This document shows, piece after piece, positions 14,588 to 27,268 of a stretch of DNA of 64,000 nt. A program made the position numbers and the translations under genes. Origin of the DNA: Octopus vulgaris (Eukaryota). How positions within the stretch are numbered: the first letter of the stretch is position 1; every line of letters starts with the position of its first letter. Under the pieces are notes generated by a model. The model did not search any database, was not told the DNA's origin, and was given only the letters and a program-made list of their open reading frames with translations. Location of the stretch: NCBI GenBank assembly GCA_951406725.2, contig OX597814.1, positions 153,140,001 to 153,204,000 on the forward strand. The letters are read 5' to 3'.

Positions 14588-15767
14588 AACTGTATCTAAT
14601 TAAAGCTGATCATTTTTGTGTTTAAAGATAAAATCAACATGGCTTTAGTTAATCTCAAGACACACACCAGTGAAAGCACTTAGTTTAAAGACAAGATTAT
14701 ACTGATCATTAAACATTAATTATTCTCATCTATTTTATCAAGCAGAAACCAAAAGAAGTCTGTTGTGTGTATGTTCTAAGTTGTATATTTACAACCTTTG
14801 TCGTAAGAATATTAAGTCATCTATGAATTATAAATTTGTACTCTTTTAACTCTTTCGTGGCCATGTTTAGTGAATCACTAAAATACATTGCATATATATT
14901 TCAATTAATTTTTTTTAAATAATCAAGAATTTGGAAGGATTTACTAAAATGATAACTTTTATTGTATTTTTATAACTAGCATTTGAAATATTACTTAAAA
15001 GTTTCTTACATATATAATTATGATTGAAGGAAATGTTTTTTTTTTTAAGTATGATCACTTCAAAATCACATGTTGTACTTCATGGTACCAGGTAGAATTG
15101 CAAGTGGGACAGTATAAAAGCAATTAAACTCTATAGTATTCAGATTACTTTATCAAGTGTGCTTATTTATTCACAGTCTTTTGAATTGATCAGGTATCTC
15201 ATAGCTTTAAGATTTTGGTGATGGTAATGATCATTGCCATCATCATCTACATTTAACATCCGTTTTCCATACTGCTATGGGTTGGACAGGAACTGGCAAG
15301 GCCAAGGGCTGCACCAGATTTCATAATCTGTTTTAGCTTGGTTCCTATGGCTGGAAGTCCTTCCTAACACCAACCACTTTACAGAGTGTACTGAGTGTTT
15401 ATTACATGGCACCAGTTCTTTTTATGTTGCACCAGCACCCACACCAATGCTTTTTTACATGGTACCTTGGTTTTAGGATCTCAGTTCTGTTGTGGTGGAT
15501 AGATCTTCTTGAGTGCAGCAATGCACCACATATCTTGGTTCTCTGTCATCTCCTTTGTAAGATTCAGCATTTTTGATGATGTGGTTGTTTATTTAGCATG
15601 ACATTGTAGGGTCCTATGTGAGAAACTGGATTCAGTCAGTTTGAATATTAAGCATGTAGAATATTTTGACTTGATGTGGCTAGGTTTAATGTGTATTTCT
15701 TGTTATTTTTTGTAATGATTTTTTACCTTTTGTTTTTAATACCTTTGAAATTTAAATATGTTTTCAG

Positions 15768-16075
15768 GCTATGACAGAAGTTAAAAGGAAGTTTGAAATA
15801 TGACCAGTTTTTGGCTTACACCAATACAGCTTGAATTTAAGAATAACAGAGAGGCCTACAGTATACTTGGAAATTTTCCCAATACTTCCAAAACTCTAAA
15901 AACCAAAGATTAAAAAATAAAGAGAAAGAGAGAAAAACCATGACATAAAACTGAAAGGTGTGAATTTGAAAATGATACGACAATCTAATTTAACAAAAAG
16001 ACTTTTGGTTCATTATAATTTGAACCGAAGTGAATATGTTTCACTTGTTACTGATATATGGTTAAAAAGACAAAG
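15768..16075 (+). CDS. Locus A internal exon (phase 0-2; three in-frame stops)
   Basis: Acceptor tgttttcag, donor AG|gtacgt; the 308-nt length exactly bridges the phases of both neighbours; A-rich. Confidence 0.6.
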
Positions 16076-16789
16076 GTACGTAAATATCAGTAAATCGCTA
16101 GATATCATTTAAATTATATATGAGGTCAAATTACTTGTTAGAAATTCTTATCACTTCTTTTACCACCATCATCATCATCATCATCATCAATGCTGATATG
16201 GGTTGCACAGATCCCACTGTGTTTCCCTATCAGTTGTAGTCACTCTGGTACACTCATCATCATCATTATTGTTTTAACATTCACTTCTCCACTTGCATGT
16301 GTGAGGTAGAAGTCACTTGCTCACTTTCTCAGTGGGATTGAACCCAAGACCACTGGGAATCACCTTCTTAACCATATAGCTATGCCTACAAGAGTCATAG
16401 CTACTGTCCTCTCCTTCCCAGACTAAATTTTGTAAAATTTATTTTCTGAAAGGCTAAGATGACTCTTCCATGGTGCAATTGCTTCATTTTCAATACACCA
16501 TCTCACATGGTGTGCTGAACACTGAAATTGTAAAATGATCATAGTGCTTGAAAACTGTGTAAAGAAGTGCCAATTTCTAAATGTGGAGGGAACCTCTGGT
16601 AGGGGTAGACCAGGAAGACATGGGATGAGGTGGTGAAGCACGATCTCCAAACTTTGGGCCTCACAGAAACAATGACTAGTGATCAAGACCTTTGGCGATA
16701 TGCTGTGCTTGAGAAGATCTGTCAAGCCAAGTGAAATGGTAGTCATGGCTGATGCTGGTGTCACGTAACCATCATCTGGGCAGGTGGTG

Positions 16790-18107
16790 CAGAGTAGCAG
16801 CTGGTGCTAAGGTGGTATATCCAGGTTGTTGGCAGTCAGAGGCCTGAAATTTGCCAGAAGGGCATATCTCTGGTGACAGCAATATGATAAATTGTATTTC
16901 TTGTTGATTGATACTGCGGGTTGTTGGAGGATATGCAGTTTTTCACGGAGGCAGAACTGGCAGTTGGGGGTGCCGGGTAAATATGGTGGGGCTCTATCGA
17001 CAATAATTCACTTGATGCTGGGTATTTCATCTCAGAGATCATGGAGTCTCTAGAGAAAAAAAGACAGGGAAGTAGAGTTCTCTCTATTCCTGGATCTGAA
17101 CGAGTGCATATGCTGGGAGTACCTTCTCTTGAAGTCATTAGCTACCATACCCGTATAGTGCCTAGTAATGCCATCAGATGGTGTAAGGGTGGCTCTGTAT
17201 ACTACAGCTCTTGAGAGACAAGATCGTTCTAGAGGGCACATGGTGGGATTTCAGAAGTTGTAGGTTGGGGCCGGGAGTGATGTAGGTGCATTTTTATGAC
17301 TGTTGATGTTAGATGTGATGTTGTCTAAGCAAGAGTAGCTCACCTTGACATTATGGGGGTTCAAGAGTTTATAATACTTAGGCCTCTGGAAGACCCTAAT
17401 TATGTTGGTGGAAACTTCTAGATTAAAAGTGGGGTTATACCATATAATTTTCCTTCTCATAATCCTTTTGGGGTGGGGGAAGGGTGTTTAGAGGTCGTCC
17501 ACATATGTGAGCTTCTCAGTAAACCCACTCCTCACCAAAGCATTATTGTAGTGAGGGGCAGCCCTTTTAAAGATCTTTCTATTGGCCAAGAGATTAGATA
17601 ATCATTTGCTGATGCCTGGAACCAGGTTTCTAATTACTGTGGGAGGATGGTTTGAGCTCTTGTATATGTATACTGTATCCTTGTTAGGCTTCCTGTATGT
17701 TAATACTTTCCTGTACTGAGTTCTAAGATTACATCCAAGAAATCATCCGTAGTCAAGACAAGCTGAATTCCTTAAATATTTTTATCAAGTTCTTCCTGAA
17801 CCTGTCCATGGTGTGGCTGTTCATATGGCTTGAGATAGCCAGGCCATTGTCCCTATAGAGGGCCAGCTTTTGTGGGTTGGTACGTCCCTTGAGAGTATCC
17901 AAAATGTATAACCTGATGAGATCAGCGATTTCAGCCTCGTCAAAGCTCCCCATAGAGACTTTGAATAATGCATCACCTTTTTTCACCCAGAATGAACTGT
18001 CGTGGGCCAGAATTGATTTTCTAGCATTCATGATAATGCTGACGTCAAGATCACTAATTCTGGTGTATTGCTCAGCAAACGTTAGGGCCTTCAGGAAGAG
18101 GGGCTTA
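16790..18107 (-). mobile_element. Degenerate Penelope-like element (RT C-terminus plus GIY-YIG endonuclease)
   Basis: Broken ORFs with VSMGSFDEAE, LYRDNGL, RKIIWYNP and CPL..CL...VVYRA...YTGM...FKRRYSQH. Confidence 0.85.
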
Positions 18108-18178
18108 GATACACACACACACACACACACACACATACATTCATATACACATACTTATATATATATATACAAAATTTA

Positions 18179-18288
18179 AAATTAAATAAGGGTAGAAATT
18201 GATATTAATCAATTAAAACCAGTGATTTTAGATATGCTAAGCCACTGGTTTTAATTGATTCATATCAATTTTTACCCTTATTTAATTT
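18179..18288. repeat. Inverted repeat with 46-bp arms and 2 mismatches
   Basis: 18179-18224 versus 18243-18288. Confidence 0.92.
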
Positions 18289-18744
18289 ATATATATATGA
18301 TGATGATGATGAACTTTCATTCATAAAATCTCTGCCAAAACAAACAGTAAAGCCCGATGCAATCTTCTACCTCATTAGCCCCTGTCAACCCTTCCAACTC
18401 ATGCCAACAAGGAAAACACATTGAATGATGATGGGCTTCCATACCATTTCTGTCTACTAATTTTACTGATAAGGCATTGGTTGGTCCAGGGCTATAGTAG
18501 AAGACACTTGCCCAAGGATTGAACCCGAAACCATGTAGTTGCAAAGCAAGCATCTTAACTACACAGCCATGCCTGCTCCGAATCTGGCAATATTTGTCAT
18601 AAGGTTTGAACTCATTACAAAAAGATTCAGCTGTAACTTTACAATCATTGTTTTGTATTTCACTTATTTTCCTGATGTTTTGTGTTTCATTTTAAATTCA
18701 GATTCTGCATTTTATCTTAATGTTTTTGGTCTTTTTTTCCACAG

Positions 18745-18893
18745 GTCACGTGATGCAATCTGGTCATTCCTTTGTGTAGTTTTCCTACTGGTGCTAATGA
18801 TGTGGGGTGTATGGTATTATGGCCTTTGCAATCGTAAATCAAAAAGAAATTCTCACAACTTTGAAGACACATGTCATTATACCACAGTCAACA
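18745..18893 (+). CDS. Locus A transmembrane exon
   Basis: Acceptor ttttttccacag, donor gtaagg; AIWSFLCVVFLLVLMMWGVWYYGLC followed by basic NRKSKR; no stops. Confidence 0.75.
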
Positions 18894-20794
18894 GTAAGGT
18901 TTCTTTTGATATTCTCTTTAATTTTTTACTCATCATATAGAACATCATCATCATCATCATTGTTTAACGTCCATTTTCCATGCTAGCATGGGTTGGACAG
19001 TTCGATCGGGGTCTGGGAAGCCAGGAGGCTGCACCAGGTTCCAGTCTGATCTAGCAGTGTTTCTACAGCTGGATGCCCTTCCTAACACCAACCACTCTGT
19101 GAATGTAGTGGGTGCTTTTTACATGCCACCGGCACAGGGGCCAGGGGAGGCTGGCAACGGCCATGATTGGTTGGTGCTTTTTATGTGCCATCGGCACAGA
19201 AGCCAGTCAGGGCGGCGCTGGTATCAGCCACGTTTGGATGGTGCTTTTTACGTGCCACCAGCATGGGTATCACAACTACATTTGATTTTTATTTTGATGT
19301 TGATGATGATGTACTTAACTCAATAGGTCTCCTCAAGCACAGCAGGTCACCCTAGCCAAGAAAAATAAATGTTTATAAGAAAAACACTATCACAAAATAA
19401 TAATAATAATAGTTTCAAATTTTGGCACAAGGCCAGAAGTTTTGAGGTGGGGAGTCACAATTACATTGATCCCAGTGTTCAACAGGTACTTATTTTATTG
19501 ACTCCAAAAGGATGAAAGGCAAAGTTGACCACCACTAAACAATTTGCTTGGCATGCTAATGATACTGCTAGCTCACCACTTAAAGAATGATAATAATAAT
19601 AATAATAATCCTTGGTGAGAGGGAACTAGTCAATTACATCAACCTCAGTGTTTCACTAGTACTTAATTTATAGACCCCAAAAGGATTAAAGGCAAAGTTG
19701 ACCTCAGAATGTAAAGACAGATAAAATGCCACTCAGCATTTCACCTGGTGTGCTAACAATTCTGCTGCTTGCCACCTTAATAATAATAATAATAATAATA
19801 ATAGTCGGCGGCAGCAGCGTTTAACGTCCACTTTCCATGCTGGCATGGGTTAGACAGTTTAACTGAAAACTGGTAAGCCGGGGAGCTGCACAAGTTTCCA
19901 ATCTGATTTGGCAAGGTTTCTACAGCTGGATGCCCTTCCTAACACCAACCACTCCAAGAGTGTAGTGGATGCTTTTATGTGCCATTGACGTGACACCAGC
20001 ATTGGCCATGACTATAATCTCACTTGGCTTGACAGGTCTACACAAGCATGGTATATTGCCGAAGATCTCAGTCACCTGTCACTGTCTCTACAAAGCCCAA
20101 TACTTGAATGGTGATTTTTACAATAATTTCAAATTTTGGCACAAGGCTAGCAACTTCAAGTGAGAGGTAATTTGATTACATTGACCCCAGTGCTCAACTG
20201 GTACTTATTTTATTGATCCTGAAAGGCAGCTTTTGAACTCAGAATGTAAAGTCAGAAGAAATGTCACTAAGCATTTTGTGCAGCTCAGTGATGATTCTGC
20301 CCGCTCACTGCCTTAATAATGATGATGATGGTGGTGGTGGCGGGGTTTTTTTTTTCTCTGATCACCTAGTGTATTTAATATATAATTCACGTCCAATGAT
20401 ATAACATAAACATCAGTGACAAACATAACATTGTATGTTTTTCTCAATTATTTGTCATGTGATATGTTGTATGTTCTTTATATATTGTCACATGATTTGG
20501 TCTGTCATCTGTGACTGAATTGTTGAGAAGACTTTAGTTGGCCTGGGGATTTAGTTGAAGGCATGCCCTTGGTGCCTTACAGTGGGACTGAAGAGAAACT
20601 ATGAGGCTGAAAAACAAACTTCTAAATCACACAGCCAATACTTTTTTACTTCATTATTTGCAAACATAACTCAGTTTTATATTTTGGTTGTTTAACATGT
20701 AAGATTTAGTAAATTGAAATTAAAATTGAGTAAATGAATAATTAAACTTAATTTTTTTTTATCCCTCTCTCCATTTTTGTTTGCTTCCTGACAG

Positions 20795-20988
20795 AAGTCA
20801 TCCAAGCCAAAGCCAAATTCCTTCCTATGTTTCAAAAGAAGGAGAAACCACACGTAGAAGTAATTGCTGACAATTCTTCATCTGCCGAGACTGATTATGA
20901 AGACATGGATGGAAGTCAGAACTGCTTAACATCTAACAAAAGAAAAAAGAAAATGTCAAAAACATTCCATAGGAAATTTAATATCTAG
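20795..20988 (+). CDS. Locus A last coding exon (cytoplasmic tail with YEDM)
   Basis: Acceptor ttgcttcctgacag; open frame KVIQAK...ETDYEDMDG...RKFNI*; AATAAA at 21031 and 21275. Confidence 0.7.
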
Positions 20989-21682
20989 TGTTAAACGAAC
21001 TAAAAGTAATAGAATATTTTCAGTATATTTAATAAAATTACATCAACAAGACCATCATACTGTTTATGAGAACTATGTAAGCAAATATCTTCCAGTTTTT
21101 ACTTATTAGTTATGTATACTTTGGTATCTAGACTCTGAATTATATTTGAAATGAAGAGTATACTCCATTAAATGAGGTACCAAAATTATTGTCGAGAAAT
21201 TTGTAGAAATATACCTGTGGATAATAAATATATATTTTCAATGTAAATTAAATTAAAATTTACCTTTTTTTAAGAATAAAAAAATGAAGATGTTACTTTA
21301 CCATGAAAAAGGTAAAGTGTTAAAAGTGTAAAATATTCTTTTGTATAAATATATTACAATTAAATTTGTAAATATTTTCTGTTATTTTTTAAGTAATTCT
21401 GTCATACACACACACACATATATATAAATATATATATATATACATATATATATGTGTGTGTGTATGTGTAATAATATGAGAGGTTTTGGTATCCAGGAGA
21501 CCCAAAAGGCAAGTAAGGCTATGTAAGTACTACAGAAAGACCGCTGTTAAGCTCCCGGTTCAATAATAGTATGAGTGAGGAGTCTAATGTGGGTCATCTG
21601 TGAGCATGTATATCTTAAATAAAATGAGATAACAAGGCCAAGGCAGTGTGATATTTCTAGAACATTTATAAAGAGAAAGATA

Positions 21683-21730
21683 GTCTTACAGCTGTTTCAG
21701 GGATGTAAAAGATATCCCATCATCAGAGAC
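21683..21730 (-). ncRNA. Minimal type I hammerhead ribozyme (Penelope-type)
   Basis: GTCT-CTGATGA-tGGGAT..ATCCCt-GAAA-CAGCTG-TA-AGAC: intact core, stems I and II, palindromic stem III, GUA cleavage triplet. Confidence 0.75.
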
Positions 21731-22059
21731 GATATGAGAGAGTTTCAATAAGAGGAAATAGTAGAGCTCATTATAGAAGAAGTTATTTTGGAAAGGGAGA
21801 GATACAGGAACTATAAAGGGAAATATGAGAATAATATTCATAAATGGTAAGAAATAAAATTATTTCTGAACCCTAAATAATGATTGGAAGAAGTCTGATA
21901 TGGAGGTAAGATTTCTGATAGGGATGTTCCTGCCTGAAACTGAAAAGACAAAATACTGGTGTAGGTGAAATGACTAAGGGGTAAATAAATAATAAATGAT
22001 CTGCTAATTTTGTTTTCAAGTTGAAATATATATATATATATATATATTGAGTAAAACCA

Positions 22060-22750
22060 AAGGTCCCTCTCTGAGTGAGAGGAAGATTGTATAATGCATG
22101 TATATGGACAGCAATGTCACATGGTAGTGAGACATGGGCCCTGAAAGCAGAAGACATGTAAAGACTAGAGAGGAATGAAGCTCGTATGCTCCGCTGGATA
22201 TGCAATGTCAGTGTAAATGTGCTAGTGTATTGAGGGAAAAGTTGGGCATAAGAAAAATTAGATGCAGTGTGCAAGAGAGAAGACTGTGCTGGTTTGGTCT
22301 TGTGATGCATATGGATGTGGAGAGTGGCATACAAAAATGCTGATCACTTAAAGTAGATGGAACTTGTGGAAGAGGGAGACCCAGGAAGATATGGGACGAA
22401 GTAGTGAAGGTTGATCTCAAGACACTGAGCCTTATGAAGGGGATGACTAAGGACTGAGATATCTGGCACATTGCTGTACTCAAGAAGACCTGTCCACCAT
22501 AGCAGAATTGATACTGATGCTGGTTCTGCATTAAAAGCACTTGTGCTGGTGCCATGTTAAAAGCACTGGTGATGGTACCACATAAAAAGCACCCAGTACA
22601 TTCTTTGGAGTGGTTGGAATTAGAGAGGGTGACCAGCTGTAAAAACCATGCCAGAACAGACAATGGAGCCTGGTGCAGCCCCTGGCTTACCAGCTCCAAT
22701 CAGACTGTCCAACCCATGCCAGCAAAGAAAACAGTCGTTAAATGATGATG
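22060..22750 (+). mobile_element. RTE-type LINE 3' fragment with (GAT)n tail
   Basis: Nucleotide similarity to the 63-kb copy; ends gttaaatgatgatg. Confidence 0.8.
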
Positions 22751-25700
22751 CTGATATACACACTCACACACATATATATTCTGAGTCATGATAATTAATG
22801 AAGATTGGTAAAGCTTGCTAGTGCTGGAAATAGCTATCAAATCTGCCTCAAACTGCAACAAAAATCTTGTGAATCAATTTGTCAGACAGAAACTAAAAGC
22901 GTTCCATCCTAAGTATATGTAGATGTGTACATTTATCAATTGAATGCATGTTCATACATTTAAATGTTACCACAGCCAAAGATTTGATTTGGTATTTAAA
23001 GAAATAATGGACTGAGTAGAAGAGGATCTTGTTGCAAGAAGAAGGCTTAACTTCTATGTAACTATCATGCTTAAAAAGGTATGTCATTATTAAAAATTGG
23101 TGTAAGGCATCAAGCTGGCAAAATTGTGAGCAGCTTCATTAAATCATAATATTACATCTGGCTAGATCTCCATTAACTTCTAAAATGTATGCCTTGAAAT
23201 GTAAAAGCAAGTCTCATTAAAATTACAAAATTAGTTGTTTTGAAGATAAAATGTTGAAAATGACCTCTAAGTAGAAAGTTATATTTGGCATTTATCTCTT
23301 CTGCTGGTATTTCTGTTAATCTCCACACCTCAATATTCGAGACCAGAACTATTTCAATGAAAGCTTTGAAGCAATGTAATTTTATCACACTGTGAACAAT
23401 TGGAGAAAGAACAACTGATACTTGTGAGTGCTTTCAGTTTGTTTTGTGCTGTTTCAATGCTGTGTGAACAATCAGAGAGAACATGTGCAGTTACGAAAAT
23501 GCTTGACCTTGTACAGTATCGTTGTAAATCTGTTTGAATACAATTTGAAGGACATCAAGAGTCAACAAATTTTATCTGAAATTCATTGTACAGCTGAGTA
23601 TTTTAACACAATGACAATAGAAAGAAGGCTTCCAATATTTAGTGGGGAAGAAAGAAGTAGGAATTTGTGGTTTTGCTTTCTCCAGAATATAAAGAATATG
23701 AAATGGCATCAACCACACATTGAGTAGAGACCAAGGGCTCAGTAGCATTTGTTTTACACTTTAAAAGTCATTCTTCGTTGATCTTAATCAATTTTGTTAC
23801 AGGCTTTATATCTTGTAGAAATGTAAAATGAAATTTCTGTAAATTATCTATTTTTCTCACATGTACCTGTAGATTACTTTCCAAATAGCTGTGAGGGCAA
23901 AAAAAATTCACTTTACATGCTTTTGAGCTTGGTCTCACTGCACAGTTCCTTGAACAGGAGTTTTGTACCATAGACTGAAGTGGATCAAAGTCTTGCAAGC
24001 AAAAATTCAATAGACAGAAACTACATAGAAGCCTGTTGGAGTGACTGTTCCTGTTCTGGGGTGGTACACTTACTCTGTTGTTTGGTTTACTACCAACATC
24101 CAACCCTCAAGTGCCCTTGAGCATTCAAGTGAATTCTCCAGTCTAACTCCCCTACACCTTCCACCACCAGTTTGCAAAGTTTCTGCAATGAGTCAAGAGA
24201 TCTGTCCTTCTTCCTTTGATTGAGCATTTGAAAAAAAAAAAAAAGTAAAAAACTGTTACTGCATAAACATTGATTTTCTTTGTCAGTAGTTTTTTAAAAA
24301 AAAACATTAACAACACTGAATATTCCATTCAAAATATTTTCCCTGGAATGCTTGAATAATCATATTTACAATTCAACAATTTTTTTTTTTTTGTAGAATT
24401 TTATAATTTTATTTCCACTGTTACAAATTTTCAAAATAACTTCTGTATTATATATAATATATACATTATATATACTTATATATTTTTATATATAATTATT
24501 GACAGCTTCTTGGCAATAATGATTGTACAATCAAAAGCTTTTAGACTATACAAAATCTGAATTTATTGTAAAACTAGAGGGTGGGATGGTAGTTCCAGAT
24601 AGGAGAAAAAAATAAATAGCAAATTTATTATTTCACTCTATTTTTTTTCACACACTTGAAAAATATTTTCATGTTTCATATTTAAAAAAAAAAACAATCT
24701 TATCACAAATTTTTCTGATCACTTTATATAATAACTCTTAACACATGAAATGTGAAGTAAAGAACAAATTAATTGAGCAAAGGCAGATTTAGAAATACCA
24801 CACCTATTCACCATATATTTTATCTACAGAACACAATAAACTTTCCAAGGAAAAATTAAGAAACAGATTTTTTTTAATCTCAAGTTCTCAAACATTTCAT
24901 AATCACAAATAAACCAATAAATTACAGTTGATTGGCAATAAAAATAATAGTTTTTTCAGATATCTAACGCTAATTACAAAAATGAAAATTGGTTTGTGGC
25001 AAATGAACTTCTAAAGTCTTATATGTTACTAATTTTTTTACAATAATATATTCATATTTGAAGCAGATGAATTAAAATATCAAGGGTGTCATTAGAATTG
25101 TTTGAAAATATTTGAGAACTTCACTAAAAAAATGTCTAAACAAATATCAGTTGATTTTTTTACTTTGAAATTAGAAATTGATAAAATTAGATTCATAGTA
25201 TCTGTTGCTATAACCAACATAGTATAAACCTTGTATACTATACTTGTATAATGTGTCTGTATTACTTTTAACGCCAGACATTATGTAGATCATAAAGATA
25301 AAAAGAAAGAAGAAAGGAGTGCCACGAAAGGCTTGAACCAGATTTTTTTGTTAACGTAACGGTAACTAGGATCACATGTTCAGATTTAAAATAAACAAAT
25401 TGCAAAATTTTAAATAATTCATTAAAGCATTTTTATTGAAGAGTAATCTCCCTTGCAACAACAGGAATATTACACCTGTCAAGTATTAAAATAAATTTGA
25501 ATAAATTTTCAACTCGTATTTTGAAAACGATAAACATTTTATGAAACTATTATTCATTAGGCAAGATGTTTTATGGAATGTGGCATATCAAAGTAACAGT
25601 AAAGGGAGGTAATAAGGAAATGGATCTACAGAAATTTAAATATATACATATTTCTCAATTAATCCAGTCAAAACATACCTCCACATAAAAATAATTATTA

Positions 25701-26089
25701 ATGTAAACGTTTCTAACTTCAGCTGTTTAGAATAATCTTTTCTTCTTTTGTCATTTACTTGTTTCAGTCATTGAAACCTTCAAAGATTAAGTGAAAAAAT
25801 TGACTCAAGAACTAATTTTTAAGTTTGGTATTAATTCCATCAGTGTGCTATGTTACAGGGATGTAAATAAACCAACACTGGCTGTCAAGCAGTGGTGGGG
25901 AATGAACACAAACACACACGTATATGACATGCTTCCACGCAGTCTCTCTATCTACTAAATCCACTCACAATGCAATGGTTGGCCCAGAATTATAGTAGAA
26001 GACATTTGCCCAAGGTGCAGCAGAGCAGGACTGAATCCAAAGGCATGTCTTATCCACAGAGCCATGCCTGCACCTATAATAATGATAAT

Positions 26090-26770
26090 ACTTTCTTCAA
26101 AGACTACATGACCTGAAATTTTGGTGAACTAGAACTTATTTCATCAATCCAAAAAAAGAACGAGTACTTATTCCATCAACTCCAAAAGGATGAAAGATAA
26201 TTCCTCAGCGGAATTTGAGCTCAGACTGTAAGAACGGACAAAATGCTGCTAAGCATTTCACCCAGCATGCTAACAATTCTGCCAGCTTGCCGCCTTACTA
26301 ATAATAAAAATAATAATCCTTTCTGCTATAGGCACAAGGCCTGAAAATTTGGGGGAGGGGGCTGGTCAATTACATTGACTCCAGTACTCAACTGGTACTT
26401 ATATTATCGACCCTGAAAGAATGAAAGGTAATGTTGACCTCAGTGGAGTTTGAACTCCAAACAAAATACTACTAAGCATTTCATCCAATGTACTAACAAT
26501 TCTGCCAGCTTGCCATCTTACTAATAATAATGATAATAATAATAATCCTTTCTACTGGAGGCACAAAGCCTCAAATTTGGGGGAAGGGGAGTAGTCGATT
26601 ACATCAACCTCAATGTTTCACTGGTACTTAATTTATCGACCCCGAAAGGACGAAAGGCAAAGTCGACGTTGGCGGAATTTGAACTCAGAACATAGTGACA
26701 GGTGAAATACAGCTAGACATTTCGTCCAGCGCGTTAACGATTCTGGCAGCTTAATAATAATAATAATAAA
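26090..26770 (-). repeat. Head-to-tail array of three SINE copies in (TAA)n tracts
   Basis: Reverse-complement copies of the 12.7-kb family; similar clusters at 1290-1510 and 19410-20320. Confidence 0.8.
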
Positions 26771-27044
26771 AATTACAATATACTATGTCATATATTGAAA
26801 CATATTTACAACATCGATTGTTCTCAGTTTTGTGGAGCCCCAAATATTTTTACTGGACAGGAAAGATTATAATTATTAGAATCAAAAATTTAAGTTTGTT
26901 GACAATTACTATTGGAAAAAAAATATTCAACAAACAAAATACAAAATTCAAAAATTGTTGCAACAGTTGTCACACAGATTTCGGTGGGAAAACTATAGTG
27001 AATATAGTAGAGAGAGAAAAAATCAGAAATAACTGACATCAATT

Positions 27045-27268
27045 TCGGGCACGGTAGCGCGGCGGAGCTGCGGGCGCAGGCCTGGCGTAGGCAGCCCCTA
27101 CTTATACTGGCCGCAGTTGTCATCTTTCGGGAATTTACGGGACGGACCACGTCGCCGTATCGAGCGCCTGCATCTCGCGACATCGGTCGCGGCTACGTCC
27201 ACACGTACGTGGGCGATACCGCGCGCTTAGGTTCGTTCTTTCGATCTCGGGCACGGTAGCGCGGTGGA
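27045..27268. other. GC/CpG-rich island bounded by direct repeats
   Basis: tcgggcacggtagcgcgg(c/t)gga at 27045-27066 and 27247-27268; abrupt shift in composition on both sides. Confidence 0.9.

Noticed and set aside
24090-24227. Short minus-strand ORF containing SLQKLCKLVV (SOCS/BC-box-like)
   Set aside because: Under 50 codons with no further SOCS-box residues; likely chance.
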